A stretch of DNA of 64,000 bases from Guillardia theta CCMP2712 (Eukaryota > Protista > Cryptophyta): NCBI RefSeq assembly GCF_000315625.1, contig NW_005434646.1:62001-126000 (forward strand). Direction: 5' to 3'. Under the pieces are notes generated by a model that saw only the letters and a program-made list of their open reading frames with translations, did not search any database and was not told the DNA's origin. A program made the translations under genes and the position numbers. Shown here piece by piece: positions 24,667 to 36,190 of this stretch (its first letter is position 1; each line of letters begins with the position of its first letter).

Positions 24667-27600
24667 TCAGCGCCGACCTCCTCTGCGACCATGTTTCGAA
24701 TGCCTCGATGGTTGCGGAGACCCTCCAGCTGCTCGAGAAGGTTCCAAGTCTGACTCTGAGATCTCCCCCTGCTGACTGCGGTCTTGCTCTTCCTCGATGA
24801 GTTCTCTCAATAGCCTCCTCCCTCCTCTCCGCTCGTTCCTCCTGCCTCCTGTTGTGGAGCTAATGCCAAGTTTCTGCTCTACGTTGCGACGGTACTCCGA
24901 TGAGATCTCTGCAGGCTTATCGTTCACTGACTGCATGCACAGCGGGCAGCTGTCATGCCCTTGCTCAAGCCACTCGTCGACGCAAGGTTTGTGGAAGCAA
25001 TGCATGCAGGGGAGCATCCTGACTTGCTCGCCCGGTCTGAAGGTGCCCAAGCATATCATACACTCCTTCTCCTCCACGCTTGATGTGACTGACTGCTGCT
25101 CCACATCCACTTCTTCCTCCAGCTCCCTGTGATTCCTCGCTCTCGAAGCCTTGGCAGCGAAGTGTTTCTTGTACTTGATGTACGTGGGCACGTTCGTCCC
25201 TTTGAGCATCGGAGCTTCAGGCCTTGTCAGGCCAGGAGAAGGAGCAGGACGAGAGAAGACTTCCTGCGGAGCTGGTTGACGCGAGGGCATTTCGATGGCG
25301 ATCTGAGACGAAACATTCGGCATGTTGACGGGGGCGAAGTCCGACCGGAAGTCAGGCGTTGGAAATCTCAAACTGGACTTGGCGCAGCTTTTGCGCAGAC
25401 GACAAAAGAGCAGCAGGGCCATGAGGACGGAGGAACAGGAGACGGAGATTGCCACCACGACGGTCTTGTTCTTTGACAACCATGAACCACCATCAAGATT
25501 GCCGGATGAGGCATCACTGACTAGGGGACTGGTTTGAGGAAGCGGATAAGAGTACGATGACAAGACTTGTCCAGCTGGCGACTTAAGCTGAACGTCCAGC
25601 TTGACGATGTTTGCTTGTGCAGCAGCGCCATTTGGCTTGTTCATTTCATCGACTATGTTTCGGAACATGCTGTATCCTGCACCTTCGCTTCCTGTTCGAA
25701 CTAGAATGCCGTACTGAATCAAAGTGACAGTCGAACCCTGTAGGCTCGCAGACTCAAAGAATATTTCGTTGACGGTGATTGAGTTGGCCACAATTCTTGC
25801 CAGCAGAGACCTGAGCTGTTGTTGAAGTACCTCATTTGTCAAGATGTTCCCCTTGATCTCCATGTCTCCTCTCAAGGAATACCTCCCGGCGTACACATTT
25901 GTGTCAAAACTACATCGACTGATCTTAGTGGTTTGATCTTGACACTGAAATCCATTCTCTATGGTGCAAGTTGCTGAGCAGCCGTCGCCAGAGTCAGCAT
26001 TGGCATCATTGCAATATTGCGATGATTGAGATTTCAAATCAGCACTGCAATACCATCAGCTTGTCAATAACGTCACAACAACTTTTCAAACTTTCAGCTA
26101 CTCACCAGCTCTTTGGCTGTATCCCGCCTGTTCCCCCCGTACTGCCTCCACTGCCGCCAGGCTTACATGCAGCTGAAGTGTAGCAGGGTGCTTGCGAAGC
26201 AGAACATTCTTTTCTGTTAGGGAAGCACACGTCTTGTGCCGAGCAGTTGATCACGCTGGAATCAAGACACAGAGCTTTGAAGTACAGGGCTCCTGAACAA
26301 CTACCTGGGGAACAGGGGATCAAATCATAATAGTCTGGATACCCGACCACCAGGAAATTGTTGTTCAGCACAAGGGAAGTTCCGAAACCAGCATTCTTGC
26401 TGGGATCTGAGTACAGCCTTCTTGTGAGACTGCATGGATTCGAAGCAGCAGAAGCGACTTGTATAAGGTAAACAATGTTGTCCATGGGATCGCCAACCGC
26501 TATGTAGTTTAGGTTCGATACCTTGAATAGCGACAACGCTCCTCCGAAACTTTGCGTTGGATAGAATTGCTTGATTACGCATGTGGCATCAAGGGCGGCT
26601 GACATCGAGGCTGATAATCTGTACACCAAGACTGAACCAGGAACAGTTGCATTTCCTGGAGCAGATACCACGACAAGTTCCTCTCCAACAGAGACTGTCT
26701 TACCGAACTTTATGGTGCCAGGAACTCGATTTGCAATCAAAGTCGTTGGGTCTGCTGTCCGTACGGCATCTATTGAATGAACTTTCTCATGCATTCATAG
26801 AGAGAAACTGAATAGAAAGTTACCTGTTGATGCAAACACAAGTACCTTCACTGAACCGGCACGGGTCAAGCCATCGGCTGATGAGTCTTGATTCGCTGAT
26901 TTCGACATGCCCACTACCAGTACATTCTTGTAGAACATGATTGAATCGATGTTGTCATAGTTGACAATGGTTTTGACCAGGTTGTATTGGAATGAACCTG
27001 GCGGATTTTCTACAATCTGGTAGATGTCGATGAAGTCTGAAGCTGCAGATTTTCCTGATACGAATAGGAGGTCTTGGAAGGTTGAGATTGCTTTTCCGTA
27101 GCAGCCGCTTCCCTCTCCAGGAAATGAGGTTCCATACTTCGATACGAAACAGCGCTGACACACGGCTGTACATGTTCCACTACCAAGCCATTGAACATTG
27201 AAAACAAATGTCCGGTCAATAAAATCTACGGTTTCAGGAGAGGAAATTCGTACGTCAAACCATTGCCAAGTATGAGTGTCTGTTTGCTTGAGTTTCTTGC
27301 AAACTATCGCGTCTTGGTCCGCCATGCAAGCTATGGAATCAGAGCATGAAATTGTCCTCACTATCCTGCCTGGCATTGACTGAAAAAGCGCCGGGACATC
27401 GATGAAAGATCCCATGGAAGCGAAGTTAAAGAGCTGTACTCCTCCTGATGAGCTCGTCATGAGAAGGTTTCCCGAGGGAGACAGCGACAGAGAGCTCCCT
27501 TGCGATGACATGCTCGCAAACGAGCGGTTTATGAAGACAAATTCTATCTCCTCCGTGGGTGGCTGGCAGCCACACAAGTATGAGTTGCACGCGGTAGGAC

Positions 27601-27742
27601 TGTTAGCGAAAAAAATAGTGCATTCGGCAGTACAGCATGAGGTTCTTGTCCTCCAATCGTATATCACCATGTTGAATTGAGTTTGAGTCAGAGAAGGAAG
27701 GCACAAGATCACCCAAAGCACTGAGATTCTCATGACTCTCAT
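24667..27742 (-). CDS. Type I membrane RING-H2 E3 ligase with FG-GAP-like propeller and Myxococcus-type Cys-rich repeat in the ectodomain (~990 aa, 3 exons)
   Basis: Introns 26770-26823 and 26045-26105 join three ORFs in frame. Signal peptide; FG.(S/A)(V/L)..(V/A)VG.P motifs; CNDANADSGDGCSATC; TM VVVAISVSCSSVLMALLLFC; RING CMIC..LPCMHCFHKPCVDEWL..CPLC. Confidence 0.85.
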
Positions 27743-27772
27743 TTCCCCTTGACCTCAATACTAACTTGTACT

Positions 27773-27925
27773 CTCCTCTCCTCTCCTCTCCTCTCCTCTC
27801 CTCTCCTCTCCTCTTCTCTTCTCTTCTCTATCTTATCATCTTCTTCTCTTCTCTTCTTCTCTTCTCTTCTTCTTCTCTTCTCTTCTCTTCTCTACTTCTT
27901 CTCTTCTTCTTCTCTTCTTTTTCCA
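27773..27925. repeat. CT-rich microsatellite upstream of the RING ligase start
   Basis: (CTCTC)n and (CTT)n runs. Confidence 0.9.
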
Positions 27926-28103
27926 CTCTCCCTCTTTATCGCACCAGCATCGCGTTGCGGGTCAAATCCATCAACTACGGTAGACATGTCCTATAATCAA
28001 TATACATACATCTATATAGTCAATAATCTCTAAAAAATCATGATATTTGACTATAAAGCTGGCACATGCGCGAACAGAACGGCTGTAGTGAAAGGCTTTG
28101 GCG

Positions 28104-29103
28104 ATGCACCGACGGCATGCGGCACGGCAAGAGAGGAGGAGGAAGCAGTTAGAGGAGGCGGTGGGAGACCTGCATGCTGTACAGAGCCTGCTCGACCTTC
28201 AGAACGAGGATGGAGCTTCTTGCTGGCCGACATCGGATGCCTCATGGGTCCCAGACTGGGAGTCGCTGCCTTCCAACCTGGATCCTGCATGTGCTGAACT
28301 ATCCGAGGACGAGAAGCCAGGAAGAGCGCAGAGAAAGAGGAAGCAACTGGAGGCCATGGCAGCGTCTATCATGCCATTTGTTGACAGACTGATTGAAGAA
28401 CGGCAACAGCAGCGGGTGAGAATCGTAGAGTTTGGATCGGGAACTGGACACCTTGGTATTCTCATCGCCTACCTCAGGAGAGAGAGTACCCATGTGACGC
28501 TTGTGGAGAGGAAAGATTACACTTGTAGGATAGCACAGGATCGCATCTCCTCCTTGAAGTTGGACAACGTCCAAGTTTTCTGTGGAGACATTGAGGACTA
28601 TGCGAGCAGTCGGCAAGTGTTTGACCTTGGAACATCCTTGCACTCGTGCGGGGTTCTTACAGACCTCATCCTCGACCTCTGCTGCTCCGTCCATGCTTCC
28701 TACGTCCTCTGCCCCTGCTGCTATGGCCAATGCTCCCGCAGCGAGAACCTGTCGAGGTTCCAGAGGCCAAGATCGAAGCAGTTTGCGGAAGTAATGAATG
28801 AAGAGAGGTTTTCGTCGATCCTCTCAGGAGCTGATTATGCAATCGGCCAAGGCGACTGGAACTTCGATGACTGTCCCAACTTCGCCAAGGCAAAGTTCTG
28901 CATGCGCATCGTGGACGCCGACAGGAATCTTGTGAGTGGCATTGAAAAGGATTCCTTACTTTCTAACGCTGACTACGCAGAGCTCGGAGCGCATGTCATG
29001 CTACAGGACATGCCTGCGGTCGTTGAATCCTCTCAACTGCAGCCCGAAGAACAATGTGGTGGTAGGGTTGCACTCAGCATCTTGCATGGTCCTCAACAGG
29101 TAG
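28104..29103 (+). CDS. GSTCD-like class I SAM-dependent methyltransferase (Methyltransf_32-type)
   Basis: RAQRKRKQL, IVEFGSGTGHLG, LHSCGVLTD, CPCCYG, VDADRN. Intron 28932-28980 gives C-terminal CSPKNN. Confidence 0.85.
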
Positions 29104-29155
29104 ACGCTTCTCAACATGAGAGCTGAACATTTTCTGATGATAACCTTCATTGCAT

Positions 29156-32100
29156 TCATACAAGATTGATGGTGTGTGAAAAATCGACAAAGTGGATACC
29201 TCCTGCTTTCATGGTTACTTCATGACATTGATCAAAGCAATTCTTACCTGTCCTCACTCCACAAACGATTCTCCCCCTTGTTTTCCTCCCCTTCTCCTCA
29301 ACAGATGTTTGCAAATCAGTCCAGAAAGCGCAGGAATTCACGTTGTCAATCTCTAACCTTTCCTGCAAACAATGTTCTCTTGCGATCTGAGAGTGTAGGA
29401 CACTATTCAGATGTATCCCCTCCACTTTCCTGCTCCTCCCATCCCACACCCATGTCGCTCCTCCCGAGCCCATGAACATCACGCATGTCTCTGATATCCA
29501 TCGCACACCCACCATCGGATTCTTCTCTCCCACAAGGTTCCCAGCAGGACTTGCGTCTTCTTCCATCCTCCACACACCCATCGAGCCCTGCAGCCCTGCG
29601 AAGGCGATGTAGTTTCCTGCTGGGCTGAAGCTGACGCAGTTGAGAGCCCCAGAGGAGCGGAGAAGGAGGAGGAGGCCGCCGGTCTGCGCGTTCCAGACGC
29701 GGCAGATTCGGTCACCTCCTACCGAAGCGAGTCGCTTGCCGTCCGAGGAGAAGTCTAGAGCCTGCACGTAGCTCTCATGGTATCCGATCCAGAAGGGCTT
29801 CCTGGAGGGAATGGGGAGGATTTCCCAGCAGCGAACGGTCTGATCAGCGGAGGAGGTGGCAGTGAACTTGTCATCTGGGCTGATCTTGACATCTAGGACT
29901 GTAGCTTGATGCTTACACTCCATCACACATACGCACTGCAAACCCTCAGACCTGCGATGAGTGAGAGAAAAGCAAGAACATGTCGAACATGCTCAGACCT
30001 TGTGATCGCCCACACACACCCCGTGTCGTCCATTCCTCCTGTTAGGACGTGTTCGCCCGAGCCACTGAAGCTAGCGACTCGAATGTCAGAGAGAAGCAAA
30101 CAGACGGTGACGAGGGTCGTCAGCGACGAGTCCGTTTGGTTGAGTGTGATATGGAGCGAGCTCCAGGCAATGAGGACCAACGAGCTTTCAACATGTTTCA
30201 GCGGGGACGTTTCTCGCAGAGAGGGAGAGAAGGATACGAGCTTGAATGCACCCAAGTCGTCATCGGGCCCGTACCTCCTCACCAAGACTCTCTGTGACGT
30301 GCTCCACAGGCACAGGTGTTCCGCACATATACAGACAGCATGCTCTCCATCGCAAGATATGCTGACACAGCAAGGCGCCGACCCCCCAGTGAAGTCGCTG
30401 CAAGCATCGTCTACCAGGTTTCCTCCCAGCGGCAGAGACTTGAAACTACCAGCAGTCCACACCTGCACAGATCCGCTCATGTCTGCGCAGAAGAGGAGGT
30501 TGTGCTCGTGGTCGAGGCAGGAGTTGAGGATCTTGGAGCTGGTGGGACTTGTTGAGAGCAGCGAGCCGAGGAGGTCATGTGCGTAGCATCGAGTGTCGGA
30601 GAAGACAACAAGCAAGTTGGAAGCAGGAAAGAGCGACAGGTGGTTAACTTTGATTCCCTTGAGCTCGTCAAAATACTCAGTGAACAATTCTTGAATGATT
30701 TCTTTGCATGACTTGATAACGCTCTTGGAGATGTTGATCTTGCCTGTGAATCCATTTCCTCCAAAGATGATGTAGTTGTCTGTTATATACGTGGTCAGCA
30801 CTGGGAATGCAAACTTCAAATCCATTTTCAGAGCAAAACTGAAGCTTTCCTCCTGCGACCATACACGGATGTTGCCATCCATCGAGGAAGAGACCAGAAG
30901 GAGGGGGGAAGAAGAGAAGACCAGGCTTGTTATTTCCCCTTCATGCCCTTCAACTTCAGTCGAACCTCCAAACTTCCACGGGTTTGTTTGGAACGACTGC
31001 ACAACAATCTTACTCGTCGAGAAAGCAAGAGCAACGAGATATTCATCCTCTTTGACCGGCGTGATCGCAACGCGCAACACAGTCCACTCGCTAGCACCTC
31101 TTTGCTTGTTCTCCTCGTCAACAAATCTCCACAAATCTTGAGAGCTTGCACTGAAAGCTTCTTCGGGAACAGCTTGCGACATCACTGTCTGCGTCAGGTC
31201 CCACACGCTCACATCGCCCTCCACTGAAACCGTGAGGAGGGAGGGCAACTCATCAGCTGTAAACAGACGACAGAACACAATCTTGCTGTAGTTTGTCTTC
31301 CAATCCACCTGTCTTCTTATAAGAACACCATCCCACAAGGAAATCATTCCGTTGCCGTAGGCAAAGACCCACATGGTGGAACATCGGAGTTGGAGTACGT
31401 GCATGCAAGTGACTGCAGCAGAAAACTTTGCGCTGAAAACAGACCGAAAGGACGACCTGTCTTCTCGCTCTTCAAATTTCGTTCTCAATTGAGTCATCTC
31501 ACTGCTCTGTATCAGACACTTGTCATTTACAATCGCAGAGGTCATGAGATGTCTGAGGATGAAGCGGACGAAGAGATCGTGGTATGGTTTGATAATCAAG
31601 GACAGGTTGCCGTTGAGATGGAGGTAGAAACTCTTGATGAGACCAACTGTCTCTGGGACATCATGTGAATACTTCACCTTCAGTATTGACAAGAATTCGC
31701 TGACATCTCGATTGAGGTCGTAGAAGAGCCTCATCTCAAGCTTTGATCGTACGTGACACTCGCTCAACAGCCTCTGAGTCAACTGTTCAACTTTCTCCGA
31801 GGAATCCGACATGTTCATTTCTCTCACAGCAGAGCTAAATGATTCAATCAGACAAACTCGCCTGCTTGCCCGATGGTCCTTCAAACTCTCACACAATGTT
31901 GAGATGCAGCCACAGATTTTCCTTCCGTGATCCTGGTAGAACTTACAACGCAACACTGCCTGTGCAATCCAGGGACAAGAAATCTTGAACACAGTCGTCT
32001 GATCGCAAGAAGCTGTCTCCACGATGCATCTCAAACATACAAGTGTTGCATCAACCATAACTTTCGCCTTCCTCCGATTGATGTTGAACTCTGCAATCGA

Positions 32101-35100
32101 GAATTCATCCTTTGTGAAAAGAAGACTCCAAATAGCGTCAAACAGTAAACCCATCGGCAACCCGAACCTGCAGCTGGACAAGATAGCCAGGCATGCCAGA
32201 CTGATAGACTTGATGGCAGAACTGGACATGTCAGGAAGATCGGAAATGTTAATGCTCCCCCGATCGTCAACAGTGAAGGGAAAGAAGGTGTTTTGAGATA
32301 GCAATGTCGTCTGTGGATCATCATTCCATTGCGGTAAGAGAGTTAGAAAGTGATAGAGAATGTCGAGAGAGAGAGACAAGTTGTGATGGAAAAGCTTGTA
32401 GAGGTTCTGCGTTGAAAGCTTTGGCTGAGTAGAGATCTTGTAAGAAGACAGGAGGTTGTTCTGGAACTGCAAGAAATTTCTATCGAGAGGAGGAGTGATT
32501 GTTGTGATATTCCCCTTCGGCACATTTGACAGATCTATGAATTCCTTGAGCTTCATTGGGCATGACACGATGAACTTGACATTGTTTGGCAGAGAGGAAG
32601 GGATGTAAGACAGGAGCTGAACTGCGTCGTCTCTGCTCAATTTCTCTAAATCATCGAGGACGAGAACCAGTCTCCTATGAGACGAGAAGGAGCGGAAGAG
32701 ACGTTGGAAGCAACCTTGCAAGCAGTTCCGTTGAACCTCCTGCGTCTCCTCATCGCTCAATCCTCTCGGCTGCAGGAGCCCCAGCATGAGAGATGAGCTG
32801 GTCGTCGACTCCTCCGACGCTCCAACGATTCGCACGATCACTTTCTCCCTGAACGCGGAGGACAGACTTTCTCTCCCTCCCTCCTCCCCGCACTCTTGCC
32901 CCTGTCCCAACAGCCCAGCAGCCTTCAGCGCCAGTGCGATGGCGGTAGATCGCCCGGACCCGCCATTGCCGAAGACAAAGTGCGGTTCACTCTTCCCCAG
33001 CAGCTGGGCAGGGGAGGAAGCCTGCTGGAGCGAGCTGAGGTCAAACTGTTTGACCTCCTGCGACAACTTGATGAACTCTTCCGTCGCCTCCACCGCCGCC
33101 AGTCGTTCATGTAACGCCATCGTCAGCCAATCCTGCTTGCGGGCGTTGTTGGCCATCTGTCTGGTGTTCATGGAGAATCTCATCAATTTGTGCTGAACGA
33201 TTTGAGTGTCGAACACAATCTCATGCTCTTCCTCCTCCTCCGGGAACGACCAGGTGGCCTTCCCTTCTGTGACAGAGGCAGCAAGCGCTGTGAGCGCGTC
33301 TGCTATCCTCTGATTCAGCCCTTCCTCGACCACCTTGCGCTTGCTGTTGTAAGTCTCAGCAAACGACTGTCGTCTCTGCAGCGCCGCCCGTCTAGTTGGA
33401 AGCTTCTTGACAGAGGACGAGAGGTAGGACGAGATCTGCTTCACCGCATTTGCCTGGGTGGCATGCTCGAGCTCCAAGGGCCTCAGCTTGACCCACCTGT
33501 TGTACACGGCCACCATGGAGGACATGTGCGAACAGTCCAGGCAGCCACACGCCTTCTTCTCAACTCTCCTTCGTAGTAGGGCGTCGAAGAACTGCAGGAA
33601 CTTCTCGGTCAGCTCGTGCTTCTGGAACTCCTCGGAGGCGATGGACCCCTGCTGGATGAAGGAGTGAATCGATCCCCAGCTCGGCACGCTCCTGCTCATG
33701 GCCGAGCTCATCGCTTTCTTGACCTTGTTCCACTTCTTCTCGAACCTCAACCGGAAGAGGCTGGCGGCAGGGAAGTGAGAGAGCAACGAGTTGATGTCAT
33801 GGGCAAACTCCTCCTCTGTCTCCTCACATATGACGTAGACGATGAAGGAGCGGGAGAGCAGCACTTGGCTGTGAGCGGTTGCCTTCAACATGTTGAGCCC
33901 CGCACTGGTACAGAGGAACTCGAAAGTTTCGCTGCCCCGATGTTGATACCTGATTTGACGCCTCATCAACCGCAGATGCTGGTTGACCATGTAGTGCAGC
34001 TCTTCTACCTCCTCCTTGCTGTCTCGTCTGAGGACCATCGCTCGCGGGTTGAGAGGGTCTGAGATGTACAGACGGTCCAACAGGCTGACCAGCTCCCCAG
34101 AAGCATTTGAAGCAAGAAGATTCTGCTTGAGAGCATTCAGATCCCGCTGCAGGATATTTGTTGGTAGTCTCTGATCAAACATCGATTCGTCAACAACATG
34201 CAGGAGGCAAACTTCCGAGTAGAATGCTTTCTTCTCCAACACATGATCCAAGACCTCACTGAAACGCTTCTGGATTGAGTTGCCCTTGGGCAGGTTGACG
34301 TCCATGTAAGAGTTGAAGTAATCATCTAGCAGAACCGTTTCTGAATCGACACACATCGAGTCCTCACGACAGTGTTCTCGTATCTTTCCAAAGATCTCCT
34401 CTTCAAAGAACTCATACATCCTCTCCAGCGATGCCATACTTCCTGACACCACAACAACTACCAGAATGCTCTGAGAAACTCCGGGCGGCCAGACAAGAGA
34501 AGGATCTGCCGCCCTCTGATTTGCTCCTGCTGATGCAGATGCATTGTCAGCTCGTAAAAGATCGTCAAGGGATGATTGATGCGCTCTAGTATTAGTAGAG
34601 CCCTCGTGTATGTAAGGAGAGTAAGTCAAAAGTACGTCAACATGATTGCTCGACTCGGAATCTTTCGATCTTGGCTGTGAGATCTCTCTACCCACAGACT
34701 GTGAGATGTTTTCAAAGTGCTTCTGCTTCCGCCAGCTTTGCCGTGTGCCAGACTTTTCGGAGGCGTGAAACGAGCCCAGCTCAGAAGGAAAAGATGACAA
34801 ACTATCTTCACATACGGACATGATCTCTTGAACCAGCAGGCGAATCGAGTTCACAAACCCGTCAAAATCAAGGAACTCAGGTGTTGTAGGTGCGGAACAT
34901 CGGTGAACAGGAGCTTTCCCTGACCGTATTGACGATAACAAAACCATGATCCTCCTCCTTGAGATAGGGATAGAGCTTGAGGAGGTCAAGAAATCTTTCT
35001 TTGTCTCCAGCATGCGAAGGCTCCTGCTCAAGAGTTCTTGCAGCAATGTTGTGCTGATCTGTGGCTCAACCGTACGAGGCCGATGCTCCAAACTCGCTTC

Positions 35101-35565
35101 AGCTCGATGACGAGCAAGTTCAAGGAAGACTGTTCGGAGATTGCTTTCAACAGATGGTGACCTCCAGTCTTGCCCCGGTCGCTTCCTGGCCTTGTTGAGG
35201 ACAAGTTGCAGCAGCTCAGCGAAGTCTTCTAGGAGTTGAGAGTCGCTCAGCACGTCGGAGACCTTCTTTGCGTACTCCGAGTGGTTCATGGCCGAACGAG
35301 ACCGCTCATGCCGAACTTCATCGAGGGAGTCTCGTGACCTGACGCCATGGACCCGGCCAACGGAGGAAGGGAAGAATGTGTCATGCAGCTTTCCGGGCAG
35401 GGTCAAGAAGAGTGCAGTGTTGGGCCGCTTGGACATGGCCATCTGCCGCTGCTTCAGCGCCATTCGATCTCGAAACCATTCTCCGATGAAATTCCTCTGC
35501 TCACCCATCGGAGAGAGCCGGTTGAGGTTGAGCTCTCGCAGTTGCTTCTCTGTCCTCTCTGTCAT
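29156..35565 (-). CDS. NWD/TEP1-type NACHT (STAND) NTPase with C-terminal WD40 repeats (~2,120 aa)
   Basis: P-loop GNGGSGRST, RIVGAS, Walker B LVLVLDDLE, LP.NVKFIVS, and many GH..W(D/S/N) repeats. Intron 29952-29998 joins the 1880-aa and 261-aa ORFs. Confidence 0.82.
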
Positions 35566-35891
35566 GTTGTAGAGCAGCGCCTAACGCCCTCTGATCTCCT
35601 CCTCCTCCTCCTCCTCCTCCTCCCCGCAACTAGCGCTCCAAGCCGGCATTGTCCCGTCCTGGGCACGACGGGGGCGGTTGACAAATTGCTGCCTAACAGG
35701 TCAAATAATACGACCAAATTTTCAACCTATGAGATTATTGCTGTCCCATTGTTTTCAAACGAGGGGGGCGTGTATTCCTCTATGAAACACTCGCTTTAGT
35801 CTCTCTGCACCAAGACAGGTTGCCGCTCTCTCTCTCTCTCTTCATCTTTGACAACTTCTTCCTTCCAAGTTCCACTAACCGTCGTGTCTCA

Positions 35892-36120
35892 TATCACTGA
35901 CCATCATGTTTCATGTTGGAAGGAGCATCACTAACCATCTTGTTTCATGTTGGAAGGAGCATCACTAACCATCTTGTTTCATGTTGGAAGGAGCATCACT
36001 AACCATCTTGTTTCATGTTGGAAGGAGCATCACTAACCATCTTGTTTCATGTTGGAAGGAGCATCACTAACCATCTTGTTTCATGTTGGAGGAGCATCAC
36101 TAACCATCTTGTCTCATGTT
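35892..36120. repeat. 34-bp tandem minisatellite, ~6.8 copies
   Basis: CATCACTAACCATCTTGTTTCATGTTGGAAGGAG units start at 35892, 35926, 35960, 35994, 36028, 36062 and 36095. No spacers. Confidence 0.95.
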
Positions 36121-36190
36121 TCAGGTGCTTGTTGATAGTCAATGTTCATAGATCGTTTAAAAGACAATCTAGATACGTTTCTCTCACTGT

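Noticed and set aside
35892-36120. CRISPR-like array (34-bp repeats)
   Set aside because: Units are head-to-tail with no unique spacers, no cas genes, and the context is eukaryotic.
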